Below, one piece after another: positions 9,491 to 18,821 of a stretch of 64,000 nt of DNA (position 1 is the stretch's first letter; each line of letters starts with the position of its first letter). A model generated the notes under the pieces. It worked only from the letters and a program-made list of their open reading frames with translations. It searched no databases and was not told the origin of the DNA. This stretch comes from a virus (taxonomy: Duplodnaviria; Caudoviricetes): the IMG/VR virus record IMGVR_UViG_3300020148_000032, one strand, 5' to 3'. The translations under genes were made by a program, and so were the position numbers.

Positions 9491-9506
9491 TTCTTTTTAG
9501 AAAAGT

Positions 9507-9583
9507 TTTTTCTAAATAGTTCTTTACTTATTTTCTTCTAATTCTAGAATAATTTTATTTCCCACAGAATAAGAACCCTTGAT
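9507..9583 (+). repeat. 77-bp exact direct repeat, copy 2
   Basis: Identical to 7761-7837 (offset 1746). Confidence 0.95.
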
Positions 9584-9851
9584 CTGTAGAATAATAGTAC
9601 AATTCTATTGGAGAACCAACTAATGTACCATTATGCATAATATTGTTTATATATACAATATTGTGAGTATTTTAAAGAAACTTCAGACGATTCTATATCA
9701 GGGTCTCTCGTGAAAGTATCATGAGTTAACTCAAAAACTTTTCAGAATCTCTCTTGTTTTCAAAATGAAATTCTGAACCTCCAAAAGGGCAAGGTTTCTT
9801 TACTGCTTGACATTTACCTATTTGTTGAGTCTCTTCATTAAAGTGATACAT
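9555..9851 (-). pseudogene. Frameshifted HCCH-tagged paralog of 8111..8497
   Basis: MYHFNEETQQIGKCQAVKKPCPFGGSEFHFENKRDSEKF / ELTHDTFTRDPDIESSEVSLKYSQYCI / NNIMHNGTLVGSPIELYYYSTDQG read in successive shifted frames; aligns to PDTQSSVISYIYTQYCIENKRLHNSINIGDPAELFYYSSAQG. Confidence 0.8.
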
Positions 9852-9853
9852 TC

Positions 9854-10741
9854 TTACTCCTCAATATGAGAAATCAACGCATCATATTCAGACCAGAAAA
9901 CAAATTTGGCAGTCCTCTCTCCGTTAAAATACGCCTCAATATTAATTTTTCCTTGGTCAATATCATCAATAAATGTGTGCAGATTGTGACTAACCATAGT
10001 TAAATCTGTATATCGCACTTTTGTTTGTCCGCGATCTTCTTTAATGTCATAATGAGCAATAGCGATATGCTCGTATTTCTCTTTTATTCTATTATTTATT
10101 TGATCAAAAGTCCAATAAAAATCTTGAGTGTTAGTGAGATTGCTCCCGTCTTTATCAGCTACAATCATTCGTAATTTCTGGTGTTTATAGTCAACAAATA
10201 AAGCAAACCGATGATTTCCAATAGTTTGCCAACTTTGTGTACTCATTGATTTTCTTACATAACCTTTACCAATAAGAGCTTTGAATTTATTTTTATTTAT
10301 AAGTGAGAGTGAACCCAGAGTAACATTATTTCCTCTTCCCGATGATCTATGTGTTTTTAATTCCACTTGACCGAGGTCCGCTGAAGCTTTAGAATCTTTC
10401 TTTAAACCAAAGAGTTCTTCAAGTTTTAATCCAGGGGTTCCTTTATTTTCATCATAACCTTTAAGGGTAAAGAATTTTCCTTTAATGTCTTTTTCGAATT
10501 TGTCTTTTACCTGTTGTGGAGTACTTGCAAGGGAGTTATCTTTTGCGTTGTAAGAAGAATCACTTTTCCCTTCTTTCTTTACGAAAGTTTTTATTTCGGA
10601 AGTTTTATATTGGTTTTCTATATGTTGGTAGGCTGCCGACATAGAATCGAAATGAGATTCGGCGTTTCCATATGGACATGTCTTTTTAACTGCATGACAC
10701 GCGCTAGGAACAAGTGTTTCAGGATTAATGTGATATAGCAT
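9854..10741 (-). CDS. HCCH-tagged MvaI/BcnI-family endonuclease
   Basis: Tag; GTPGLKLEELFGL..D...ADLGQVELKTHR...VTL; motif 10764-10772. Confidence 0.75.
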   Translation of the reverse strand: MLYHINPETLVPSACHAVKKTCPYGNAESHFDSMSAAYQHIENQYKTSEIKTFVKKEGKSDSSYNAKDNSLASTPQQVKDKFEKDIKGKFFTLKGYDENKGTPGLKLEELFGLKKDSKASADLGQVELKTHRSSGRGNNVTLGSLSLINKNKFKALIGKGYVRKSMSTQSWQTIGNHRFALFVDYKHQKLRMIVADKDGSNLTNTQDFYWTFDQINNRIKEKYEHIAIAHYDIKEDRGQTKVRYTDLTMVSHNLHTFIDDIDQGKINIEAYFNGERTAKFVFWSEYDALISHIEE

Positions 10742-10782
10742 TCAAACCTCTCTTTACTAAATCTTTTCTAAAAAGCGAGGTT

Positions 10783-11274
10783 TTATTTATTATAGAAGTC
10801 AATGATTTCAAATGCCTTGTCAGTAAAAATTCGTTGTATTTCGTGATTATGGCAACATTCAACTCCATAAAGGGATAATTTTTCTTCTAATCTTTGAGCG
10901 AGAAATAATTCGTGTTCTTTTTTAGGGATAGTAAATAATTCATATTCATCATCCCAAGCACTCTTAATATAATCCCATGTTCCATCATCATGAATGATAA
11001 CTCTCACTTCTAGGAGGGGCTCTTTAAATCTGTATAAAAGAGGTACAGTAATGATTTTATTAAATAATTGTTTTTCTTCTTTAGAAGAAAAACGATATGG
11101 AGTTTCTATGAAATTCTTTTTAAGAAGAAGAATAACACTTTCCGAAAGCCTATCAAATTCTTTTTCTATTTCTATCATTTTTTGTAAAGCTTGAGTTTTA
11201 TGTAATTCTTTAGAGTGAATAACGTTCTTAGGTCCGTATTTCTCTTTAATATAAAGATCAGTGCGTGTTGACAT
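10783..11274 (-). CDS. Hypothetical protein
   Basis: 163-aa ORF, TGATATTTT upstream. Confidence 0.6.
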   Translation of the reverse strand: MSTRTDLYIKEKYGPKNVIHSKELHKTQALQKMIEIEKEFDRLSESVILLLKKNFIETPYRFSSKEEKQLFNKIITVPLLYRFKEPLLEVRVIIHDDGTWDYIKSAWDDEYELFTIPKKEHELFLAQRLEEKLSLYGVECCHNHEIQRIFTDKAFEIIDFYNK

Positions 11275-11361
11275 TTTAGCCTTTTCTCAAACAATAAAAA
11301 ATGTATGAGAAAAATATCAGAATGTGAAAATAGTCACATTCTCGTCAATTGATATTCTCGT

Positions 11362-11829
11362 TTGGTAATACTGAATGAAAGGGTCATTGTGAGAATTGAA
11401 TTAACGAGAGAAACTCTCATTATGATCTTTAATAATAATTACAATCACACTGTTTTATTCTTTCCAGAGAGTTACCCTGGTGGACCGTATGACCCGCGTT
11501 ACTCAATAGTGAGTGGATATAAAGAAGTCCACCCTTTACTAGAATTCAAGCGCATTTACATTTTTATTGAAACCCTTTTCTTCAAAAGGTTAGCTTTTGA
11601 CTCTTATCAAGATAGCGGGGGAGATCTTAATCATGTTGAGGATTTTGACATTGAATCTCCATTCGATTTTAAAACAGGCGAACTGCTTACTAAACCAGGT
11701 TTATATCCAGATTTTTCTACACCAAAAACGCTCGAAACAGACATTATTAGATATTACGATCTTGATGATAAAATTCTATTTCAATGGCATCAAGAGTTTA
11801 ATGACTTTGCGAAAAGAATTAGAACTTAA
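11362..11829 (+). CDS. Hypothetical protein
   Basis: ORF; start uncertain. Confidence 0.5.
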   Translation: MVILNERVIVRIELTRETLIMIFNNNYNHTVLFFPESYPGGPYDPRYSIVSGYKEVHPLLEFKRIYIFIETLFFKRLAFDSYQDSGGDLNHVEDFDIESPFDFKTGELLTKPGLYPDFSTPKTLETDIIRYYDLDDKILFQWHQEFNDFAKRIRT

Positions 11830-12194
11830 TAAAGATTCTTTTTACTACTAGTAGAGAAAATTTCACCTAAAGTGTAAGCATGATTAAGAATTTCGTCTCT
11901 TAATTTTTCTTTAAAACCATTAGATAGAGCACATTCAATAAATAACTCTTCATCAGAAAAAGAGTAACTCATATCCTCATTAATTCTCATGTAAATTTTT
12001 TCACTAGAATTATCAGCATTAAAAGAAACAATATGGTATTTCTTATCAAATGAAGAGTATGAAAGAGAGTATTGAGAAAGTATCAAAAAATACTCATTAA
12101 GATAACCTTCGAGCTCTTCTTGCAAATTCTTTTCTTCGAAAGAATTTAAAATTCTAGAATAAGACTCTTTTAATGTCACCATATAAACCTCCAC
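11826..12194 (-). CDS. Hypothetical protein
   Basis: ORF with GGAGG before internal Met. Confidence 0.55.
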   Translation of the reverse strand: MEVYMVTLKESYSRILNSFEEKNLQEELEGYLNEYFLILSQYSLSYSSFDKKYHIVSFNADNSSEKIYMRINEDMSYSFSDEELFIECALSNGFKEKLRDEILNHAYTLGEIFSTSSKKNLY

Positions 12195-12298
12195 TCACCT
12201 TTGACCATTGTAACTTTTCTTTTTAAAAGTCTGTAAAAATACAAGTCCGTCTTATTGCTTATTGGTAAAATATCTTTTGATAGGAAAGGAGGTTTTTC

Positions 12299-14431
12299 AT
12301 GGAACTCAAGAAAGAAGATAGCATCATAGAAGCTTTCGGAGTTGACTACACAAAACTTGCTTCTGAAGGAAAGTTAGATCCAGTCATTGGGCGCGATGAA
12401 GAAATACGTCGAATTATTCAAGTCCTCGCGCGGAGAACTAAAAATAATGCTGTTATTATTGGTGAACCCGGAGTTGGAAAGACCGCAATTGTAGAAGGGC
12501 TTGCTCAAAGGATTATTAATAAAGACGTCCCGAATAGCCTTAAGGATTGCTCACTTGTCTCTATAGAGATTAGCTCTCTCATTGCTGGAGCCGCCTATAG
12601 GGGGCAATTTGAGGAAAGAATGAAGAAACTTCTTGAAGAAGTAGAAGCTTCAGAAGGAAAAATTATACTTTTTGTTGATGAACTTCATACTATTATGAGA
12701 GCAGGTGGAGGAGAAGGTTCAGTTGATGCTGGAAATATTCTTAAACCTATGCTTGCAAGAGGGAAACTCCGCATGATTGGAGCCACAACTTTTAACGAGT
12801 ATCGCACTTCTATAGAGAAAGATTCTGCTCTCGAAAGACGATTCCAACCAATTTATGTTGGCGAACCTTCTATTGATGATGCTATTACAATCCTTAGAGG
12901 AATTCAAGAAAAGTACGAGGTTCACCACGGAGTGAATATTACTGATGATGCTCTTGTTGCTGCTGTGCAATTATCTCAACGTTACCTCCCAGACCGATTC
13001 TTGCCAGACAAAGCAGTAGACCTTATTGATGAAGCCACTGCTGCTTTAAAAATACAGCTTGATTCAATGCCAGCAGAACTCGATAAGCAATTAAGATCAC
13101 TTCAGAGGTTGAAAATTGAGAGAACTCAAGTCTCTAAAGAAACATCTAAAGAATCAATCGAAAGACTTGCAGAGATTGATGATGAAATCGCTAAACTTGA
13201 GAAAAACACTAATACCTTGAAAGAAAAATGGGATAAAGAAAAATTCTTTGTTCAATCTTTATCAAAGCATACTGAGATGCTAGAAAAATTAAAACTATCT
13301 CTTGATCAAGCTGAACGCGAGGGAGAGCTTGAAACAGCCGGTCGTATTAAATATGGAGAAATCCCTGTTGTTCAAAAGAAAATAGATGAGGACAGAGCGG
13401 GTCTGGATAGTATCCCTCTAGAAGAAAGACTTCTTAGAGAAGAAGTTGAGAAGAAGGACATTGCTGAGGTTATTTCTCGATGGACAGGTATACCCCTTGA
13501 CAAACTTCTTACTGAGGAAATCTCTAAACTTGCTAATTTAGAAGATTTACTACACAAGAGAGTTGTCGGTCAAGATGAAGCAATTCATTCTATTTCTAAT
13601 AGTATTCGTAGATCAAGGGCTGGCATTTCAGACGAAAACAAACCTATCGGATCATTTTTATTCTTGGGGCCTACTGGAGTAGGTAAAACTGAACTTGCTA
13701 AAGCTCTTGCTGAACAATTATTCAATGATGAGAACGCTCTTGTGCGTATTGACATGTCAGAATACATGGAAGCTCATTCAGTGGCAAGACTCATTGGTTC
13801 ACCTCCAGGTTATGTTGGTTATAACGAGGGTGGCCAGCTTACTGAAATTGTAAGAAGGAGACCTTACAGTGTTGTCCTTTTTGATGAAGTAGAAAAAGCC
13901 CATCCTGATATCTGGAATGCTCTTTTACAAGTCCTTGATGATGGAAGACTTACTGACGGCCAAGGTCGCACTGTCAACTTTAAAAACTCTGTTATCATAC
14001 TTACGAGTAATATTGGTAGCCCACTTATTCTCTCTTGGGATGGGAAAGATAAAGGATCTCTAGAAAATGAAGTAATGAAAGAATTAAAGAATTCTTTCAG
14101 ACCTGAATTCCTTAATAGAATTGATGAAATCGTCTTATTTGACAGAATAAGCAATTCAAATATGGAGGCAATCGTTCGTAAGGAACTTGATAGAACTGCT
14201 GTTAGAGTCAAGTCTAATCGCGGTATCTCCGTTATCTTTGACGACACCTTAGTTCACGAACTATCTGAACGAGGTTACGACCCGGCATTTGGAGCTAGAC
14301 CACTTAAGAGACTTATCCAAAACGAAGTTCTTAATCTTCTTGCTGAAAAAATTATTAAAGGTGAATTTGTAGAATCTGACGAGGTGAGAGTTTCATATAC
14401 TTACGGTCAAGTCGTAATGGAAAAGCTGTAA
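12299..14431 (+). CDS. clpB: ClpB disaggregase lacking the N-terminal Clp-repeat domain
   Basis: GKLDPVIGRDEEIRR at residue ~25, GEPGVGKT, LFVDELH, coiled-coil M-domain, GPTGVGKTE, RIDMSEY, GARPLKR. Confidence 0.93.
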   Translation: MELKKEDSIIEAFGVDYTKLASEGKLDPVIGRDEEIRRIIQVLARRTKNNAVIIGEPGVGKTAIVEGLAQRIINKDVPNSLKDCSLVSIEISSLIAGAAYRGQFEERMKKLLEEVEASEGKIILFVDELHTIMRAGGGEGSVDAGNILKPMLARGKLRMIGATTFNEYRTSIEKDSALERRFQPIYVGEPSIDDAITILRGIQEKYEVHHGVNITDDALVAAVQLSQRYLPDRFLPDKAVDLIDEATAALKIQLDSMPAELDKQLRSLQRLKIERTQVSKETSKESIERLAEIDDEIAKLEKNTNTLKEKWDKEKFFVQSLSKHTEMLEKLKLSLDQAEREGELETAGRIKYGEIPVVQKKIDEDRAGLDSIPLEERLLREEVEKKDIAEVISRWTGIPLDKLLTEEISKLANLEDLLHKRVVGQDEAIHSISNSIRRSRAGISDENKPIGSFLFLGPTGVGKTELAKALAEQLFNDENALVRIDMSEYMEAHSVARLIGSPPGYVGYNEGGQLTEIVRRRPYSVVLFDEVEKAHPDIWNALLQVLDDGRLTDGQGRTVNFKNSVIILTSNIGSPLILSWDGKDKGSLENEVMKELKNSFRPEFLNRIDEIVLFDRISNSNMEAIVRKELDRTAVRVKSNRGISVIFDDTLVHELSERGYDPAFGARPLKRLIQNEVLNLLAEKIIKGEFVESDEVRVSYTYGQVVMEKL

Positions 14432-14534
14432 GGTCAAACATGTCTCTCTTCTGTGCATGACATTCGTTTATGTCACCAGTATGAGGGTTTATATGATACA
14501 TGAAATTTTTCTAATCATTTTAGTTAAAATATAA

Positions 14535-15128
14535 ATGAATGAAAGGGAGACTCTTATGTTAGAGGCTATTAAAAGAGGTCGAGATGTTTCGCGCCCAATG
14601 GAAAGTTATGTTCCAAAAGAGGGAGAATTTTCTTTAAAGGAGCTTTCGAGTGTTAAACCGGACTTTTGGGCTCTACCTAGCCAAAAGTATAAAACCCCTA
14701 AGCCTTCTTTTCTAGTTCTTAATGACTATATAGCTATATTATCTAGAGGAGAAAGAGCTTTATTCTCATATGAGATTTTATCAGCATATACTTTATTTAA
14801 TCTACAATTAAAGCAATATGCAAGCAATCTCCGTATATTAGGTTACTCTAATACTTGTGACAAGCTTCTGAAAGAGGTTGAGCATTCCCTTTCTTATTCA
14901 GAATCAGTAAGCGGGTACAAGAAAAGCATTGATTTTGATTATAAATCAGTTATTAATACCTTTGAAAAAGAAAATAAGACTAAATGCCCTAATGAGAGAC
15001 TGATGACAGTTGAAGCTTTCGTCAACGATATCGAAATTTTTGTTGATTCTCTCCCATTTTTAAAATCTAGAAGTTATACTGCAGCATACTCAGTTTATAA
15101 AAGATTAATTAAGCTTTCTACATACTGA
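14535..15128 (+). CDS. Hypothetical protein
   Basis: 197-aa ORF. Confidence 0.55.
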   Translation: MNERETLMLEAIKRGRDVSRPMESYVPKEGEFSLKELSSVKPDFWALPSQKYKTPKPSFLVLNDYIAILSRGERALFSYEILSAYTLFNLQLKQYASNLRILGYSNTCDKLLKEVEHSLSYSESVSGYKKSIDFDYKSVINTFEKENKTKCPNERLMTVEAFVNDIEIFVDSLPFLKSRSYTAAYSVYKRLIKLSTY

Positions 15129-15238
15129 CACTCTTAATAATATTTTTCACATCAAATATCTCATGAAAGAGAGTCAGGAGTGAGAAAAGTCTTATATTCT
15201 GGCGCGGATTCTCACTATAAATAGACGTTCACGCTTTC

Positions 15239-15691
15239 TTACATGTAACGAGTGACTGGAGCGAGAGAAGAAGAAATGATAAGCTTAATAAAGGTCTCCT
15301 TCAGAGAGTGAAAATAAGTGTTGTGATGAGCGGGAGCAGTTTCTCCCTCATATGCAGGACCCTCAATTGCGCGAAGGGCGCGAATAAGAGTCTCCGAAAC
15401 TTTGGTAAATTCAAGGTTAATCTCGTGATCAGCGGGTAGAGAATGACGAGCGGTAAGGCGAGCAAGACCAAAGAGCTCAATTGCTTCGCGAGCCTCACGG
15501 ATGCTGGAATGATCCAGGGGAACCATTTCCATTGCCTCGTGAACCTTGCGCTGAAGACCAAACTTTTCAACATTCTCATCAACCTTTACAAGGTAATCAA
15601 CCTGATGGTTAAAGAATGAAATGACCTTCTCTGGAGTCGACTCAAGAACGTCAGCCATCGCAAGAGTGTTAATAAACGGGTTAATCGACAT
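15239..15691 (-). CDS. Hypothetical protein (higher-GC codon usage)
   Basis: ORF behind sigma70 promoter. Confidence 0.65.
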   Translation of the reverse strand: MSINPFINTLAMADVLESTPEKVISFFNHQVDYLVKVDENVEKFGLQRKVHEAMEMVPLDHSSIREAREAIELFGLARLTARHSLPADHEINLEFTKVSETLIRALRAIEGPAYEGETAPAHHNTYFHSLKETFIKLIISSSLAPVTRYM

Positions 15692-15727
15692 GAGAAAATC
15701 CTTAATCTAAGATTTATTAGTAGTTTC

Positions 15728-15756
15728 ACTATATCATAGTAAACATTTTAAGTCAA
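15728..15756 (-). promoter_or_regulatory. sigma70-type promoter TTGACT-17-TATAGT
   Basis: Near-consensus boxes. Confidence 0.7.
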
Positions 15757-15758
15757 TG

Positions 15759-16724
15759 CTAGATAAGAGTAATTTTTTCTTTCACATATTCTGGGTAGTC
15801 TTCCCATATTACTCCAGACGTATCAAACGCTACAAGTTTACCGTTCTTATCTATACCATAATTATTAAAATGATCATCATGGCCAGAAAGATTCATCTTT
15901 AATAATTCTTTAGAAGATAATCTCTCGCTATGCCTCATTTTTAATGATTCTTGAGCAACAAAACCGTAATCGCCTAAATTATAATAAGATTCTTTAACAT
16001 AGCGAATGTTTTTACTTTTCGGGAAGGCTTCTTTAGAAAGTATTGCTTGATGTATGTACTCTTCCGAACTCACATCATCAAATAAAGACGTTTTCCAAAT
16101 AAGATCTTTACTCGGTTGATAAAAGACAACTTGCTCTTTACCTGAATTAATAAGTATAAACCCATTTTCTTCAAAAGCATTATTATGTTCGTGTTCTCTT
16201 AAAAGATCTTTAAGGTCTAATTCTTTAATAGTCTTTGATAAGAGTTTAGCATCATCAATAGTTGACTTTAAACTCTTGTCTTCAAGCAAGAATTTTTGAT
16301 TGATTGGAGCTCTGTTAAGCTCTTTCTTGTATTCATATTGTAATTTCTTCATGTATTCTTCCCAAAATTCTTGCTTGTCTGGAAAGGAAGAAATAGTGTG
16401 AATAATGTCTCTATTATAGGACTCTAAATCCTGTTCATCAATCTGCATTTCAAGTTCTTGCTGAACGAATTGTCTTATCTTTTTCATAATAGTTCGGTGA
16501 AGTAGCGGCACATCATCTTCAGTCGCTACCCTCACCTCACTACTTATTGATAACATTTCATGAGCAAATTTTTTAGAATGAGATTCTATCTTTTCATGAA
16601 GATTAGTAATGAATTCTTTCGCTTCCTCTTTAGTTTGGAAATGATTTTCGTCTCCACCAAAGCGACATTTATTTTTTGCTGAGCATTTAAGAATTCGCTC
16701 TTCATGATTAACGTGAAATTTCAT
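15759..16724 (-). CDS. HCCH-tagged protein-kinase-like domain protein
   Basis: Tag FHVNHEERILKCSAKNKCRFGGDENHF; INSGKEQVVF..LIWK, DDHFNNYG...AFD. Confidence 0.6.
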   Translation of the reverse strand: MKFHVNHEERILKCSAKNKCRFGGDENHFQTKEEAKEFITNLHEKIESHSKKFAHEMLSISSEVRVATEDDVPLLHRTIMKKIRQFVQQELEMQIDEQDLESYNRDIIHTISSFPDKQEFWEEYMKKLQYEYKKELNRAPINQKFLLEDKSLKSTIDDAKLLSKTIKELDLKDLLREHEHNNAFEENGFILINSGKEQVVFYQPSKDLIWKTSLFDDVSSEEYIHQAILSKEAFPKSKNIRYVKESYYNLGDYGFVAQESLKMRHSERLSSKELLKMNLSGHDDHFNNYGIDKNGKLVAFDTSGVIWEDYPEYVKEKITLI

Positions 16725-16765
16725 TCTAAACCTTTTAATTCAACATTGTTATCTATGTTTCTATA

Positions 16766-17299
16766 TCATGCAATAAAATTCTTTACAGAGTTTCTTACCT
16801 CATTATTTATTGTAGTGTCTTTTATAACAGTGACACCTGAATAATTACTAGCAAAAATATTTGGAGTAATTAACAGGCCTAACTCGTCAACAATTTCTGC
16901 TTCTAAATATTCAAGAACATTTCGTGTAGCCTCAAAGTTAAATATTCCCTTGTTTGAGCTTATTGTTGCAGTAAGAAGGAGTACTTTCTTCCCAGCCCAA
17001 GAATTAGAACCCCAAGGGCGAGAAGCCCAATCAATAGCATTTTTAAGTGGAGCACTTATAGAATGATTATATTCTGGAGATACGATGATTATTTTTTCGA
17101 CTGACTCTATACCATCTTTTAATTCTTTCCCAAAGTCTGGAAAATCATTGTCATAATCAGCAGAATAAAAGGGGAGCTTATTAATTGGGAGGAAGACGAC
17201 TTCTTCGTCCAAATCATGAAGAATTTCTGAAACTGCTTTAGAGAGTTTCTTGTTTAACCCATTTGAAGCAACGCTTCCTGTAATAAGACCAATTGTCAT
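16766..17299 (-). CDS. NADPH-dependent FMN reductase
   Basis: GS...N, PEYNHSISAPLKNAIDWASRPWGSNSWAGK. Confidence 0.88.
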   Translation of the reverse strand: MTIGLITGSVASNGLNKKLSKAVSEILHDLDEEVVFLPINKLPFYSADYDNDFPDFGKELKDGIESVEKIIIVSPEYNHSISAPLKNAIDWASRPWGSNSWAGKKVLLLTATISSNKGIFNFEATRNVLEYLEAEIVDELGLLITPNIFASNYSGVTVIKDTTINNEVRNSVKNFIA

Positions 17300-17344
17300 T
17301 TTAACCTCTTTCTTTAAAGTTGATTTCAACAAGTAGATTAGAGT

Positions 17345-17887
17345 TTAATTCCCAATGAGCCCACCCAAGTCAAAAATAATTTCATTAAACGCTCGAGAAG
17401 TAAGAGCATCATGAGTATGATTCCTCTTGTAGAAGCTCTCTAATACTTTCTTGTCATATTTCTTAATAAGATGACTTATTCCTAACAAGTGGAAATCAAC
17501 AATCTCGCTTATGACATAACCTTTACTCTTGTTTTTCTCATAGACTTTCTCAACATATAACCAAAAGTCTAATTTGATACAAAGGACTTCATATCTTTGC
17601 TCTTTTTCCATCGATAATCTACCTAGGTCTTTTTCCTTATCTAAAAGAAGCAATGATTTCTTGTCTTTTTTCATGAGAGTAAAGATTTTTGTATTCACTC
17701 TACTATTAGGGTTATAATTGACAGGAATGTTTCCAAACTCTTTAATAAGTCTTTTGTCAGAGATAACTTTTTGTGGTTTTGTCACTTCAGGTTTAGTATC
17801 AAAATGCTGTTCTTCAACACAATTTTCTAAATTTCTACAAATGTTTATACGATTAGTCTTTGAATTAATGTGATACATCCCTGTCAT
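17345..17887 (-). CDS. Hypothetical protein with shortened HCCH tag
   Basis: MYHINSKTNRINICRNLENCVEEQHFDTK. Confidence 0.65.
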   Translation of the reverse strand: MTGMYHINSKTNRINICRNLENCVEEQHFDTKPEVTKPQKVISDKRLIKEFGNIPVNYNPNSRVNTKIFTLMKKDKKSLLLLDKEKDLGRLSMEKEQRYEVLCIKLDFWLYVEKVYEKNKSKGYVISEIVDFHLLGISHLIKKYDKKVLESFYKRNHTHDALTSRAFNEIIFDLGGLIGN

Positions 17888-17921
17888 CCCTCTTATCGAA
17901 ATATGACATTATTATATCAAT

Positions 17922-18719
17922 TTATCGAAGATATTCTCCTAAAGCGTCGGAAAGCATGTCACTAGCAGTAAACCACACTTGAGCCTCTTTAGTATCACCT
18001 GAAGCGTCAGCGCGATGAGCTCTCAAACGCCACTCTTCTTGCAAATCATTAAGCTCATTCATATTTTTACTAAACTCAGCTAAAGATTTAGAGTATTCCA
18101 TCTTTTGCGAAATTGGATCAAGTTCTGCGCGAGCTTTAAGGATAGTACTAATTTGCCCTTTAACATATTTTGAAATACCGTCAACATCATCTTTCAATTT
18201 TGTAATTTTGTCTCTTGTGGATAAGTAACTTTCTGTTACATCATATGAAGGTTCAGGGGTAACCCAAGGGTTATCATCGTGTAAAGGTTGTGCAAGAACG
18301 CTTCCGTCACTATTAACAGTCACTAAAGCAGGTTTATCAGAGTCACTTTCCTCATCGTAATAGTAACCCTCGTATTGCCCAGCAATAAGCATTCTTCCCA
18401 TATCAGTTGGGAAACCCTCAGTGATAGGCATATCATACGGATCATCTGGGTTTGGGATAGTAATGAAAGTATCTTTAGGCAATGTAGGAATATTATTTGA
18501 AGACTTTGAAGAATCAAGGTCTAATTCTGTTGGTGCCACTTCTGAATCAGCAATTCTTTTCAAAGTAGAGACAAGGTTTGCTTCTTGAATTTTCTCGTAT
18601 GCAAGAATTGCTTCTTCCTTAGACGAATAGTGTTCTTCGACAGAACCGAATGGGCAACCACCGCTTGTTGCTTTGCAAATTCCAGGTTCACCTTTACTAT
18701 TAATATGAAATTTAGACAT
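17922..18719 (-). CDS. HCCH-tagged hypothetical protein
   Basis: FHINSKGEPGICKATSGGCPFGSVEEHYSSKEEA; motif 18751-18759. Confidence 0.8.
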   Translation of the reverse strand: MSKFHINSKGEPGICKATSGGCPFGSVEEHYSSKEEAILAYEKIQEANLVSTLKRIADSEVAPTELDLDSSKSSNNIPTLPKDTFITIPNPDDPYDMPITEGFPTDMGRMLIAGQYEGYYYDEESDSDKPALVTVNSDGSVLAQPLHDDNPWVTPEPSYDVTESYLSTRDKITKLKDDVDGISKYVKGQISTILKARAELDPISQKMEYSKSLAEFSKNMNELNDLQEEWRLRAHRADASGDTKEAQVWFTASDMLSDALGEYLR

Positions 18720-18821
18720 GACTTATACCCCTTTAGTGTATGATAAAAACTTTTCTAAATCATTCTTCCGAAAGGTATGAAATAATATCCTTATTAGAAG
18801 AGCTTGTTAATCCTCCTCATT

